64,000 bases of DNA, from positions 46,914 through 110,913 of the forward strand of contig JBBRLJ010000016.1 in assembly GCA_038231435.1 (NCBI GenBank). Reading direction: 5' to 3'. Origin of the DNA: Planctomycetota bacterium. Its GTDB lineage: Bacteria > Planctomycetota > UBA11346. How positions within the stretch are numbered: the stretch's first letter is position 1; each line of letters starts with the position of its first letter. The notes under the pieces were generated by a model, which worked only from the letters and a program-made list of their open reading frames with translations, searched no databases and had not been told where the DNA came from. Made by a program: the position numbers and the translations under genes. Below are positions 50,233 to 59,477 of this stretch, piece after piece.

Positions 50233-50277
50233 TGAAAATGTTTCACCACGATACAGTTGCCATGAGCGGCCTGTCAA
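50233..50277 (-). promoter_or_regulatory. Sigma70-type promoter of amt (TTGACA-N18-TATCGT) with adjacent palindrome TGAAA-N3-TTTCA
   Basis: -35 at 50277-50272, -10 at 50253-50248, palindrome at 50233-50245. Confidence 0.6.
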
Positions 50278-50304
50278 TTAGGCTAAATGGTCCGATTTCG
50301 CACT

Positions 50305-50340
50305 CAAAACACACAACCGCACTCGGATTGAGCGCGGTTG
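50305..50340 (-). terminator. Probable intrinsic terminator of the sugar-catabolism operon
   Basis: CAACCGCGCTC-AATCC-GAGTGCGGTTG hairpin followed by TGTGTTTTG on the minus strand. Confidence 0.55.
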
Positions 50341-50389
50341 TCGATCACAGCAACCATCGTGCCGCTCGTGAAGCGTGGTTAAGCGTGGT

Positions 50390-51319
50390 TCAGCCAGGGG
50401 CCGAGGCCTTTACGCGACGACGCGTGCCGGCGACCTCCGCCTGGACCTCGGCGAACAGCTTTGTGAAGCACCGTCCGTACTCGACGTAGTTCGCGTACAT
50501 GATCGCCTCGGGTGAGGAGATCGAAGGGTCGTGGTGCTGCACTGCCAGGTGCGGCTCCATCGAGAAGCCGCCGTCATAGCCGTCCTGCAGCAGGTCCTTG
50601 ACGATTCGCCGCACGTCGCCGTCCCCTTCGCCGGGGAAGGTGTGCACGACCTGCTTCTTCTCGACGTCGAACCGCGCATCCTTGATGTGCACGTAGGCGA
50701 TGTGGGCCTTCACATGGCTGTAGAATTCCCACGAAGACTGGCGTGGGTAGCTGCCGTCGGCCAGCGGCGGCTTGGTGCGATCGCCATCGTGCACCGGGTT
50801 GCCGGTGTCGAAGACCAGCTTCAATCCGGGGACGTTCTCGAGCAGCCGCAGGGTGTACACCCAGCCCATGCCGCCGTAATTGTTGCAGTTCTCGTGCACC
50901 GGTTGGATGCCGGCATCGAGGAACATCGTGGTGAGCTCGCGCATGCGCGCGAAGCGCTCGGTCTCCATCTGGTCCTCGGGTCCCCTGCCCGGCAGCACCG
51001 CGTACGACATGACGCGGATCAACGTGGCGCCGAGCCGCCGCATGCGCGGGATCGCGCGCTTAGCCTCGGCCAGCGATGGATCGTTCGGCTTGTCGACCGC
51101 CTTGCCCCAATTCGCGATCGCTGAACCGAAGCAGTTAACCGCCACGCCGCCGGCCTGCAGCTTGGCGCACACCTGCTCGAAGGCCTCGTCCGTGATGTCA
51201 TGGATGTTCGCACCATCGATCTTGCGCGATTCGATGAAGCGCCAGCCGAGTTCCTTGGTGGCCTTGATCTGATTGTCGATCGAGTGGGCGGCCTCGTCGG
51301 CGAATCCGGTGAAATACAT
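50390..51319 (-). CDS. Sugar phosphate isomerase/epimerase (xylose isomerase-like TIM barrel)
   Basis: GFADEA, HENC, FDTGN, VHIKD, PGEGDG and SMEPHL motifs. Confidence 0.9.
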   Translation of the reverse strand: MYFTGFADEAAHSIDNQIKATKELGWRFIESRKIDGANIHDITDEAFEQVCAKLQAGGVAVNCFGSAIANWGKAVDKPNDPSLAEAKRAIPRMRRLGATLIRVMSYAVLPGRGPEDQMETERFARMRELTTMFLDAGIQPVHENCNNYGGMGWVYTLRLLENVPGLKLVFDTGNPVHDGDRTKPPLADGSYPRQSSWEFYSHVKAHIAYVHIKDARFDVEKKQVVHTFPGEGDGDVRRIVKDLLQDGYDGGFSMEPHLAVQHHDPSISSPEAIMYANYVEYGRCFTKLFAEVQAEVAGTRRRVKASAPG

Positions 51320-51329
51320 ATGACTTTCG

Positions 51330-51374
51330 GTTGGGGGCTACGGCCCCCCAACATCGCGCTCCGCGCTGCCCCCC
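51330..51374 (+). repeat. Family C copy 3 (minimal form)
   Basis: GTTGGGGGCTACGGCCCCCCAACATCGCGCTCCGCGCTGCCCCC, inverse of the core in copies 1 and 2. Confidence 0.75.
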
Positions 51375-51454
51375 TGGAAGGGAGGCAACGGAAGGCTTGG
51401 GGCGCCTGGTTCGAACGGGCTATGCGTTACCGACTCATCTTCGTGGATTATGGA

Positions 51455-52237
51455 TCATTTCTCGGCGAGGACGGATTTCACGTAGGCGAAGCTCTGGGCC
51501 AGGGAGTCGAAGGGGTCGGCTGGGCAGGTGTCCTGCTCGACGATGAACCATTCGCAGCCGGAGCGCTCTGCGGCGGCGACGATCGCGCGCCAATTGAGCA
51601 TGCCGGCGCCGATCTCCATCATGGTCGCGGTGTTGCCATCGCGGATGCCGTAGTCCTTCATGTGGATCAGCGGCAGCCGCTTGTGCAGGCGCGTCGCCCA
51701 TTGCTCGGGATTGCCGCCGCCGGCCTGGACCCAGTACATGTCGGGCTCGCCCTGGAGATTCCGCGGGTCGGTCTCGTCGTAGATGATGTCGAGCATCGTC
51801 CTGCCGGCGCCATCGGCCTCGACGCGCTTGAACTCGATGGCGTGGTTGTGGTAGCACAGCACCTGTCCGGCGGCGCGCATCTTCTCGCCCGCCTTGTCCA
51901 ACGACGCCGCCAGCGCGCGGGTTTCGGCCTCGGTCTTCGGATTGGTGTGCGGCCACGGATAGGCGGTATACTTGCAGCCGAGCTTGCCCAGGCGGTCGAT
52001 GACCTTCTGGGTCTCGTCGCAGATCTGCTGGCCGCCTTCGTGGGTGGCGCAGATCGTGACGCCTTCTCCGGAGCAGATCCTGACGATCTCATCCTCGGGG
52101 ATGGGTCCGACACCGCTGACTTGCACGGCGCCATAGCCGATCTTCTTCACCTTCTTGATCGATGCCGCGAAATCGACGGCGTTCTTGCAGTGGTCGCGGA
52201 CGGTGAAGAGCTGGGCTGCTACTTGCGAGAGCTTCAT
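51455..52237 (-). CDS. Sugar phosphate isomerase/epimerase (xylose isomerase-like TIM barrel)
   Basis: QLFTVRD, YHNHAIEF, DMYWV, IHMKD, EIGAG and VEQD motifs. Confidence 0.9.
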   Translation of the reverse strand: MKLSQVAAQLFTVRDHCKNAVDFAASIKKVKKIGYGAVQVSGVGPIPEDEIVRICSGEGVTICATHEGGQQICDETQKVIDRLGKLGCKYTAYPWPHTNPKTEAETRALAASLDKAGEKMRAAGQVLCYHNHAIEFKRVEADGAGRTMLDIIYDETDPRNLQGEPDMYWVQAGGGNPEQWATRLHKRLPLIHMKDYGIRDGNTATMMEIGAGMLNWRAIVAAAERSGCEWFIVEQDTCPADPFDSLAQSFAYVKSVLAEK

Positions 52238-52239
52238 GT

Positions 52240-53421
52240 TCAGGCCTTGTCCACGTTCGCGAACGACTTGCCCATGCTCGCCTCGGTGGATTTGACCACC
52301 TTCTTCTCGAACTTCGAATCCTTGATCAGCTTCTTGAACTCCTTCTCGACCATCGCGCTGTCGAGCGGCAGTTCGAGCGTCTTACCCAGGATCGAGGACA
52401 GCAGCATGGCGTTGCCGAGCTCGACCGAGTTCACGCCCTCGGTGGCCTCGGCGATCAGCGGCTTCTGGTCGAGGATGGCGTCGACGAAATTGTGGATGAT
52501 CGCGACGTGCTGGCCGGCGTGGCCGTTGGTCGGAATCTCGACGTTCCAGGTCTCGGGGCGGTCGAAGCGCGCCTGGGTGGTGCGGCTGAACTCGCTCATC
52601 GGCACCAGGTTCTTGGTCCAGGTGAGCTTGCCGTTCTCGAGCACCACCTTGCCATTCTCGGCGGCGATCTCGAGGCGGTTGGTGCCCGGGGCCTCGCCGG
52701 TGGTGGTGACGAAGACGCCGGTGGCGCCGTTCGGGTATTCGAGGAACGAGGTGACCTGATCCTCGGTCTCGATCTTGTGCCACTTGCCGAGGCCGCAGAA
52801 GCCGCGGACCTTGCTCGGCATGCCGAAGAGCCACTGCATCATGTCCAGATTGTGCGGGCACTGGTTGATCAGCACGCCACCGCCCTCGCCGCGCCAGGTG
52901 GCGCGCCAGCCGCCCGAGGCGTAGTACGCTTCCGTGCGGTACCAGTCGGTGACGATCCAGTTGATGCGGCGGATCTCGCCGAGCTCACCCGACTTGATCA
53001 AGTGGCGGAGCTTGATGTAGGCCGGCTCGGTGCGCTGGTTGAACATCGCGGCGAACACCTGCGACTTCTTCGGGCGCTTCTTATAAGCGGCGATGAGCTT
53101 CTCGCAGTCGGCCTTGTGGACGGACAGCGGCTTCTCGGTGAGCACGTGCAGGCCCTGCTCGAGCGCGTCGATGCCGATGGTGGTGTGGTCGTAGTGCGGG
53201 GTCGCGATCAGCACCGCGTCGACCAGCCCCGAACGGATCATGGCCTTGCTGTCGGTGAAGGCGCGCACGCCCGGATACTTCGCCAAGCGCTCGGGATCGG
53301 TGTCGCACAGCGCCTGCAGATCGCAACGCGGGACCTTCTTCGCGATCAGGTTCTCGGTGTGGTGGCTGCCCATGCTGCCGACCCCGATGATGCCGAGGCG
53401 GACGTGTGCGGGAGTGGTCAT
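52240..53421 (-). CDS. Gfo/Idh/MocA family oxidoreductase
   Basis: GIIGVGSMG, IATPHYDH, TEKP and WRATW.GEGGGVLINQCPHNLD motifs. Confidence 0.93.
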   Translation of the reverse strand: MTTPAHVRLGIIGVGSMGSHHTENLIAKKVPRCDLQALCDTDPERLAKYPGVRAFTDSKAMIRSGLVDAVLIATPHYDHTTIGIDALEQGLHVLTEKPLSVHKADCEKLIAAYKKRPKKSQVFAAMFNQRTEPAYIKLRHLIKSGELGEIRRINWIVTDWYRTEAYYASGGWRATWRGEGGGVLINQCPHNLDMMQWLFGMPSKVRGFCGLGKWHKIETEDQVTSFLEYPNGATGVFVTTTGEAPGTNRLEIAAENGKVVLENGKLTWTKNLVPMSEFSRTTQARFDRPETWNVEIPTNGHAGQHVAIIHNFVDAILDQKPLIAEATEGVNSVELGNAMLLSSILGKTLELPLDSAMVEKEFKKLIKDSKFEKKVVKSTEASMGKSFANVDKA

Positions 53422-53536
53422 GAATTTCCTTGGATGGTGCGGTTGCGGTGAAGATGGAGGTTCGCTGGTGTTCTGAGGCGGATTCCGGCGCATGGTTGGC
53501 GTTACCTGCCGCTGGCAGGCCCCGCTCGGTGCGAGA

Positions 53537-54649
53537 TCAGCGCGCGGCGGCGGCTTCCTGGAGTGATAGCGCCGGGCGCGCGAAGTCGGCCGCGGGCAGG
53601 GTGACTGGCTTCCCGCCCGCCGCCGAGCTGGTGTAGAGGCCGAGCACCAGCTGGTTCGAAGACGCCGCGTCCTGCAGACGCACGAACGGCGCGCGATCGG
53701 CGATGATCGCGCTGATGACGTCCTGGACCTGCAGGGCATGGTGGTCGCCGTAGCAGTCCTTGCCCGGTAGCTTGCAGCCGTCGAGGTGCACCTGGTCCAT
53801 GGCGCGCAGCTCGGACACTAGCGCGGCGTTGGGATGCTCGATGTCGATGAGGCGGTGGTTCTCGCCGAGGGTGAAGCGGCCGAAGCGGCACGTGACCTCG
53901 ATCTTCATCGCCCAATTGGTCTTCTGGTCGTTTTCGCAGCGGAAGCGCGCGATCGCGCCGGCGCCGGTGTCCGATGGGGCGTAGGTGACGGTGGCCTCGG
54001 CGAAGTCCTCGCACTCGATCGAGGCGAGCCGCCGCCGCTCGACCCGGCCCGCCACCGACACCGGGCGGCCGCAGAACCAGTTCATCAGATCCAGGGTGTG
54101 GATCGCTTGGTTGATCATCAGCGCGCCGCCTTCGCCGGCCCAGCGGCCGCGCCAGGGCCCGCTTGCGTAGTACTCGGCCGTGCGCGTGCACTTGAAGTCC
54201 ATCGTCGCTTGTTCGACCGCACCGAAATCGCCTGAGCGCAAGAGCTCGTGCAGGCGGCGCGCGAGCGGGGCGAAGCGGTGCTGGAAGATGCCGCTGGCGA
54301 CGGTCTTCGCGGCGGCGGCGGCGTCGACCATCCGGCGCACGTCGAGTGGCGAGGTGGCGAGCGGCTTCTCGCAGAGCACATGCTTGCCGGCGGCGAAGGC
54401 GGCCACCGCCTGGTCGGCATGCGCATGGTGCGGCGTGCAGATGATCACCAGATCGATGCCTGGATTGAGTGCGTCGCGCCAGTCGGCCGAGGCCTTGGCG
54501 GCACCGACTTTCTTCGCCGCATCGAGGTTCGGATCGCAGGCCAGCACCAGTTCGGAACGGCCGTCCAGCGCCAGGGCCTTGGCGTGGGTGGGGGCGATGA
54601 CGCCGCAGCCGATGATCGCGGCGCGGACGCATTGCTGGTGCTTGCTCAT
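53537..54649 (-). CDS. Gfo/Idh/MocA family oxidoreductase
   Basis: IIGCGVIA, ICTPHHAH, CEKP and WRGRWAGEGGALMINQAIHTLD motifs. Confidence 0.93.
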   Translation of the reverse strand: MSKHQQCVRAAIIGCGVIAPTHAKALALDGRSELVLACDPNLDAAKKVGAAKASADWRDALNPGIDLVIICTPHHAHADQAVAAFAAGKHVLCEKPLATSPLDVRRMVDAAAAAKTVASGIFQHRFAPLARRLHELLRSGDFGAVEQATMDFKCTRTAEYYASGPWRGRWAGEGGALMINQAIHTLDLMNWFCGRPVSVAGRVERRRLASIECEDFAEATVTYAPSDTGAGAIARFRCENDQKTNWAMKIEVTCRFGRFTLGENHRLIDIEHPNAALVSELRAMDQVHLDGCKLPGKDCYGDHHALQVQDVISAIIADRAPFVRLQDAASSNQLVLGLYTSSAAGGKPVTLPAADFARPALSLQEAAAAR

Positions 54650-54715
54650 GGCGGCGATGATAGACCCGGCTCCGCCGTTGCTACCTCGCGACGATCGCGT
54701 ACGTGCTCGATCCGA

Positions 54716-55516
54716 TCATCCATAGAGACGCCCACCCAAGCGCCGATAGTCCGAGGGCGACAATCCGGAATCGCTCTTGAATGTCTTACTAAAGTGACTG
54801 AAAGAACTTATGCCTACATCTAGGGCGATCTGCGTGACCGAGAGGGTGCTTTCCAACAAAAGGGCCTTGGCCTGGCCGATGCGGATTTCGGTGAGGCGTT
54901 CGAGCACCGTCTTGCCGGTGACCGCCTTGAACAGCCGCCCGAGGTGGGGCTCGGACAGGTGTACCGCCGCGGCCACCTCTGCCCGCGACACCGAGCGGAA
55001 GAAGTTCCGCTCCATGAACACATCGGCCTGCGCGACCACCTCGTGGTGCTGGGCCGCGTTCAGCGACGACACCGGCGGCTGGCCGGCGAGGGCCGCGCGT
55101 TTCTGTCCGATCAGCAGGCGGGTGAGCAGGGCGGAGGCGAGGAAGCGCGACTCCGGACCTTTCGGCATGCGCAGCTCATCCACTAGGGTCAGCAGGTCTT
55201 GGCGCAGCTCCATCGGCGTATCGAGCACGCGGCCGGTGACCGGAGCGAGGTCGATGCCGAGCGATTCGAAGACCGCGACGAGGTAGCCAGGGGCCTTCTG
55301 GCGGCAGTGGATCTCGCGCATCGCCCCTGGCGGCATCACGATCGATTGCTCGGGATGCAGCTCGATCACCTGGCCGTCGAGGATGATGTTCACGCCTCCG
55401 TGGAGCAGCACGTACCACTGGTGGATGCGGTGCATGTGCGGCGCGATGCGATACGAACGGTCGGCCTCGCGGTAGAACAGCGCGTCGATGCGGATGGGCA
55501 GGGGATCGGCGGGCAT
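54716..55516 (-). CDS. AraC family regulator
   Basis: PHMH cupin; VAAAVHLS..HLGRLFK...SVTQIALDVG.SS.SHFSKTFK...G.SP.DYR. Confidence 0.92.
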   Translation of the reverse strand: MPADPLPIRIDALFYREADRSYRIAPHMHRIHQWYVLLHGGVNIILDGQVIELHPEQSIVMPPGAMREIHCRQKAPGYLVAVFESLGIDLAPVTGRVLDTPMELRQDLLTLVDELRMPKGPESRFLASALLTRLLIGQKRAALAGQPPVSSLNAAQHHEVVAQADVFMERNFFRSVSRAEVAAAVHLSEPHLGRLFKAVTGKTVLERLTEIRIGQAKALLLESTLSVTQIALDVGISSFSHFSKTFKSDSGLSPSDYRRLGGRLYG

Positions 55517-55569
55517 GGGTGGACACCGCGATCATCGCTGCTCTGTCGACCACGGACAATCGCCGTCTG

Positions 55570-55742
55570 TTCAGGGGCTCCGCCCCTACGGCCCTGACGG
55601 GCCTACCCCACGGGCTTTGTCGTGGCTCGATGTCGCCGGAAACCGGCGACATCGTCGGTGGATGGGCTGCGCCCATTGTATCCGCCGACCGCCACTCAGC
55701 GCCCGGTCGCTGCGCTCCGGTTTGATCAGGGGCTCCCCCCCC
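55570..55742 (+). repeat. Family A copy 3 (plus a truncated start of another copy)
   Basis: TTCAGGGGCTCCGCCCCTACGGCCCTGACGGGCCTACCCCACGGGCTTTGTC...GCGCCCGGTCGCTGCGCTCCGG. Confidence 0.88.
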
Positions 55743-55845
55743 GATGGCTCCGGGCTGGGCAGTCCATCGCCAGTAGAGAGCCGTGAGTCGTGCATCGGCG
55801 CGGTGCACGTTCTCGACTGCCGCGCGCCGCGGCTACCATTCCGCG

Positions 55846-56442
55846 ATGCCCACGAAACGCGATCCGAAGAAACGGCCGAGACCGCAGTCCGAAAAGCTTC
55901 CTCAGCCGAAGGTGCTGACGCCGCCGAAGTCCTCGGCGCTCATCGCCGTGCGCCGCTCCCGCATCCAGGGCCGCGGCGTGTTCGCGACGGCGACCATCCG
56001 CAAGGGCGCCCGGATCATCGAGTACACCGGCGAGCGCATCACCGACGCCGAGGCGGACGAGCGCTACGACGACGAAGCGATGGCACGCCACCACACCTTT
56101 CTCTTCACGGTCGGCAGGAACACCGTCATCGATGGCGCGCGCAACGGCAATGTCTCGCGCTTCATCAACCATTCGTGCGATCCGAACTGCGAAATCGATG
56201 TGATCGGTGGGCGCGTGTTCATCGCGGCGCGGCGGGGCATCGCGCCCGGCGACGAGCTCGCCTATGACTACTGGTACCAGCGCGACGGAACCGAAGACGC
56301 CGACGCCGAAGCCCTGTACCTCTGCCGCTGCGGCACCGCGCGCTGCCGGGGTAGCATCCTCGCGCCGCTGAGGAAGAAGCGCAAGAAAGCGAAGATGCAG
56401 AAGCGGGCACAGAAGCAGGCGAAGCGGCGCGCGACCACGTAA
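55846..56442 (+). CDS. SET-domain protein-lysine methyltransferase with post-SET cysteines
   Basis: S.IQGRGVFA, IEYTGE, RFINHSCDPNC, GDELAYDY and CRCG...CRG motifs; basic N- and C-terminal tails. Confidence 0.93.
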   Translation: MPTKRDPKKRPRPQSEKLPQPKVLTPPKSSALIAVRRSRIQGRGVFATATIRKGARIIEYTGERITDAEADERYDDEAMARHHTFLFTVGRNTVIDGARNGNVSRFINHSCDPNCEIDVIGGRVFIAARRGIAPGDELAYDYWYQRDGTEDADAEALYLCRCGTARCRGSILAPLRKKRKKAKMQKRAQKQAKRRATT

Positions 56443-56456
56443 AAGGCCGCAGTAGC

Positions 56457-56757
56457 GGAGCCGCACCCCGGGCGCCAGAGGGACGGTGGGCGGATACAAT
56501 GGGCGTAGCCCATCCGCCCACTTTTTCGCCGGGCGCCTGGCGAAAAAGAGTCCCGACCAAGCCCGTGGGGTAGGCCCGTCAGGGCCGTAGGGGCAGAGCC
56601 CCTTGAAGGGAGCCGCACCCCGGGCGCCAGAGGGACGGTGGGCGGATACAATGGGCGTAGCCCATCCGCCCACTTTTTCGCCGGGCGCCCGGCGAAAAAG
56701 AGTCCCGACCAAGCCCGTGGGGTAGGCCCGCAAGGGCCGTTAGGGGCGGAGCCCCTC
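56457..56757 (-). repeat. Family A copies 4 and 5, near-identical tandem with 152-bp period
   Basis: 56457-56604 and 56609-56757; the second contains the last codons and stop of nrnA. Confidence 0.92.
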
Positions 56758-57729
56758 AAACAAAAGCAGCTGCGCCCTCAACCGCGCGACCACGTCGGCC
56801 ACCACGGCATCGAGCGCGCCGCTGATAGTGCAGCCGGCTGCCTGCTTGTGCCCGCCGCCGCCGAAGGCCTGGGCGACCGAGCCGACCTCGAACGGCGGAT
56901 TCGAGCGCAGGCTGACGCGCGCGCTCTTCGCATCTTTCGACTCGCGGACCAGGTAGGCGATCTGGTTGCCCTGCAGGCTGCGCGGGATCTCGACCAGGTC
57001 GCCCCAGTCCTCTGGCTCGCCGATGGCGGCGATGTCCGCCGCGCGCAGCACGATGCCCGCGAGGCGCGGATCAGCATCCGCCTTCAGGTTCTCGATACCC
57101 AGCTTCACCACCGCGAGGTCGTGAGCGCTCTTGGTATAGGTGAGGCGGCGGTTGATCTCGGCGGCGTCGATGCCGGTCTCGAGCAGCTCCGCCGTCCAGC
57201 GGAAGGTGTGCGCGGTGGTGTTCGAATGCATGAAGCGTCCGGTGTCGAAGACGATGGTCGTATACAGGCATTCGGCGAGGATCCTGTCGAGCTTGACGCC
57301 GAGTTGACGCAGCAGCCGCTCGACCACCACGCCGCTCGATTCAGCGCCCTCGTCCACCAGGTTGATGTCCCCGAAGCGGGTATTGGTGACGTGGTGGTCG
57401 AGATTGATGAGCCTGGTCCGGCGCACGCGCGCGATGGCGCCGAGGCGCTGGATGTCGCCGGCATCGCAGCTGATCACCAGATCCGCCGGCTCGCACGCGC
57501 CGGCCTTGGCCTCGTCGGTGACCGGCGTGAGCAGCTCGAATTTCGGCAAGAAGCGGTACAGCGACGCCACCGGGCTCGGGCAGAGGAAACGCACCGCCTT
57601 GCCCAGGCCCTGCAGGGCGTGGACCAGCGCCAGCCCGGAGCCGATACCGTCCCCGTCCGGGTTGATGTGGGTGGTGATGACGATGGCGCGCGCCTCGCGG
57701 ATCGCCGCGGCGGCTTCTTCATAGCTCAT
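56740..57729 (-). CDS. nrnA: DHH/DHHA1 bifunctional oligoribonuclease / pAp phosphatase
   Basis: THINPDGDGIGS, LDHH, DTGRF, VSLRS and GGGGHKQAAG motifs. Confidence 0.9.
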   Translation of the reverse strand: MSYEEAAAAIREARAIVITTHINPDGDGIGSGLALVHALQGLGKAVRFLCPSPVASLYRFLPKFELLTPVTDEAKAGACEPADLVISCDAGDIQRLGAIARVRRTRLINLDHHVTNTRFGDINLVDEGAESSGVVVERLLRQLGVKLDRILAECLYTTIVFDTGRFMHSNTTAHTFRWTAELLETGIDAAEINRRLTYTKSAHDLAVVKLGIENLKADADPRLAGIVLRAADIAAIGEPEDWGDLVEIPRSLQGNQIAYLVRESKDAKSARVSLRSNPPFEVGSVAQAFGGGGHKQAAGCTISGALDAVVADVVARLRAQLLLFEGLRP

Positions 57730-57894
57730 GCACGGATGATCGGCCCTGGGACGAGGGCGCCAACCTGCTTCCCCCACCGACCGGGACGGACGTTCGGTCT
57801 GCACCGGTTGCACGCGTATATCAGGGAAGGGCCGCGCGGGCGTGCATCGTCCCGCGCCATTGGCATTCCCGCGTTCGCGGTACCCTCTCAGCCC

Positions 57895-59394
57895 ATGGCC
57901 ACCAGCGAACCGATGACGAGCTTCTACCTCAACTCCGGCACCCAGTCGGGGCCAGGGGGGACGGCGCAGCTCACCAAGCGGGCGCGAAAGATGACCAAGG
58001 TGGTCGCCACCATCGGCCCAGCGTCCACCAACGAAGCGGTGCTACGCGGCATGTTCCATGCGGGCATGAACGTCGCTCGCTTGAACATGAGCCACGGCGA
58101 GCACGCCGACCACCTCGAGCGCCTGCTCATGGTGCGGCGGATCAGCAAGGAGCTCGAGCGCCCGGTGTCGGTGCTCGCTGACCTGCAGGGGCCAAAGATC
58201 CGCACCGGCCGGCTCAAGGACGGGGTTCCGGTGCCGTGGACGCCCGGGATGAAGACCGTGATCACGGTTTCGGACTGCCCCGAGGGCACTGCCGCGCGCG
58301 TGGGCTGCACCTATTCCGGCCTGGCCAATGACGTGCTGCCGGGAAACGTGCTGCTGGTCGACGACGGCCGCATGCGCCTGCAGGTCGACGCCATCGAGGG
58401 CGAGGACATCCACTGCACCGTGCTGGTGGGCGGGACGCTCAAGAACAACAAGGGCATCAACCTTCCCGGCGTGAAGGTGAGCGCGCCGTCGCTGAGCGAC
58501 AAGGACAAGAGCGACCTCGCCTGGGCGATCGCCAACGACGTCGACTACATCGCGGTGAGCTTCGTGCGCACCGCGCGCGACGTGCGCAACATCAAGAACC
58601 GCATCGCCGAGACCGGGCATTCGATCCCGATCATCGCCAAGATCGAAAAGCCCGAGGCGGTCGAGCACATCGATGAGATCCTCGCCGAGGCCGACGGCAT
58701 CATGGTGGCGCGCGGCGACCTCGGCATCGAGATCTCGACCCAGCGCCTGCCAGTGGTGCAGAAGGAGCTGATCGCCAGCGCCAACCGCGTCGGCAAGCTG
58801 GTGATCACCGCCACGCAGATGCTCGAGAGCATGATCGACAACCCGATCCCGACGCGCGCCGAATCGTCCGACGTCGCCAACGCCATCTTCGACGGTTCCG
58901 ACGCGGTGATGCTCTCGGGCGAGACAGCCTACGGCAAATACCCGGTCGAGGCAGTGGGCGAGATGTTGCGCATATCCATCGAGGCCGAGAAGAGCGCGTA
59001 CATGCCGACGCTGCCGTTGTCGCGCGACGGCTCGACCTTCAACCACTACGCCATGGCCATCACCGGCGCGGCCGACTTCCTCTCGCGAGAGCTCTCGGCC
59101 CAGGGCGTGATGATCTTCTCGCACAACACCGAGAAGGCCCTGCTGCTGTCCAAACGTCGCGGCGACGTGCCGATGGTGGCGCTGTGCTACGACGAGCAGA
59201 CCTGGCGTCGCATGAGCATGTACTGGGGCATCGTCCCGCTGCTCATCCCGTACAAGGAGGACATCAACGACCAGCTGGAATCGGGCGTCGACGAATGCAT
59301 CCGCCACGGCGTCTTCCACGACGGCGACACCGTGGTGGTAATCTGTGGCGTGTCCTCGAGCGGGGCGAACACCATCAAGGTGCATCAGGTCTGA
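57895..59394 (+). CDS. pyk: Pyruvate kinase
   Basis: TKVVATIGPAS, RLNMSHG, DLQGPKIR, IAKIEK, MVARGDLG, TATQMLESM and DAVMLSGETA motifs. Confidence 0.97.
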   Translation: MATSEPMTSFYLNSGTQSGPGGTAQLTKRARKMTKVVATIGPASTNEAVLRGMFHAGMNVARLNMSHGEHADHLERLLMVRRISKELERPVSVLADLQGPKIRTGRLKDGVPVPWTPGMKTVITVSDCPEGTAARVGCTYSGLANDVLPGNVLLVDDGRMRLQVDAIEGEDIHCTVLVGGTLKNNKGINLPGVKVSAPSLSDKDKSDLAWAIANDVDYIAVSFVRTARDVRNIKNRIAETGHSIPIIAKIEKPEAVEHIDEILAEADGIMVARGDLGIEISTQRLPVVQKELIASANRVGKLVITATQMLESMIDNPIPTRAESSDVANAIFDGSDAVMLSGETAYGKYPVEAVGEMLRISIEAEKSAYMPTLPLSRDGSTFNHYAMAITGAADFLSRELSAQGVMIFSHNTEKALLLSKRRGDVPMVALCYDEQTWRRMSMYWGIVPLLIPYKEDINDQLESGVDECIRHGVFHDGDTVVVICGVSSSGANTIKVHQV

Positions 59395-59425
59395 CAAAAA
59401 ACCGGCGCACGGCGCCGGTTTTTTG
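59395..59425. terminator. Bidirectional intrinsic terminator
   Basis: CAAAAAACCGGCGC-ACG-GCGCCGGTTTTTTG between convergent genes. Confidence 0.9.
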
Positions 59426-59477
59426 GTGATTCAGCCAGGGACCGCAAAGGCCCGCAAGGGCCAACAGAGGCCGCGGC

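Noticed and set aside
56457..56757. Possible CRISPR array
   Set aside because: Two 152-bp near-identical units without unique spacers, and no cas genes; it is a tandem of the dispersed family A element.
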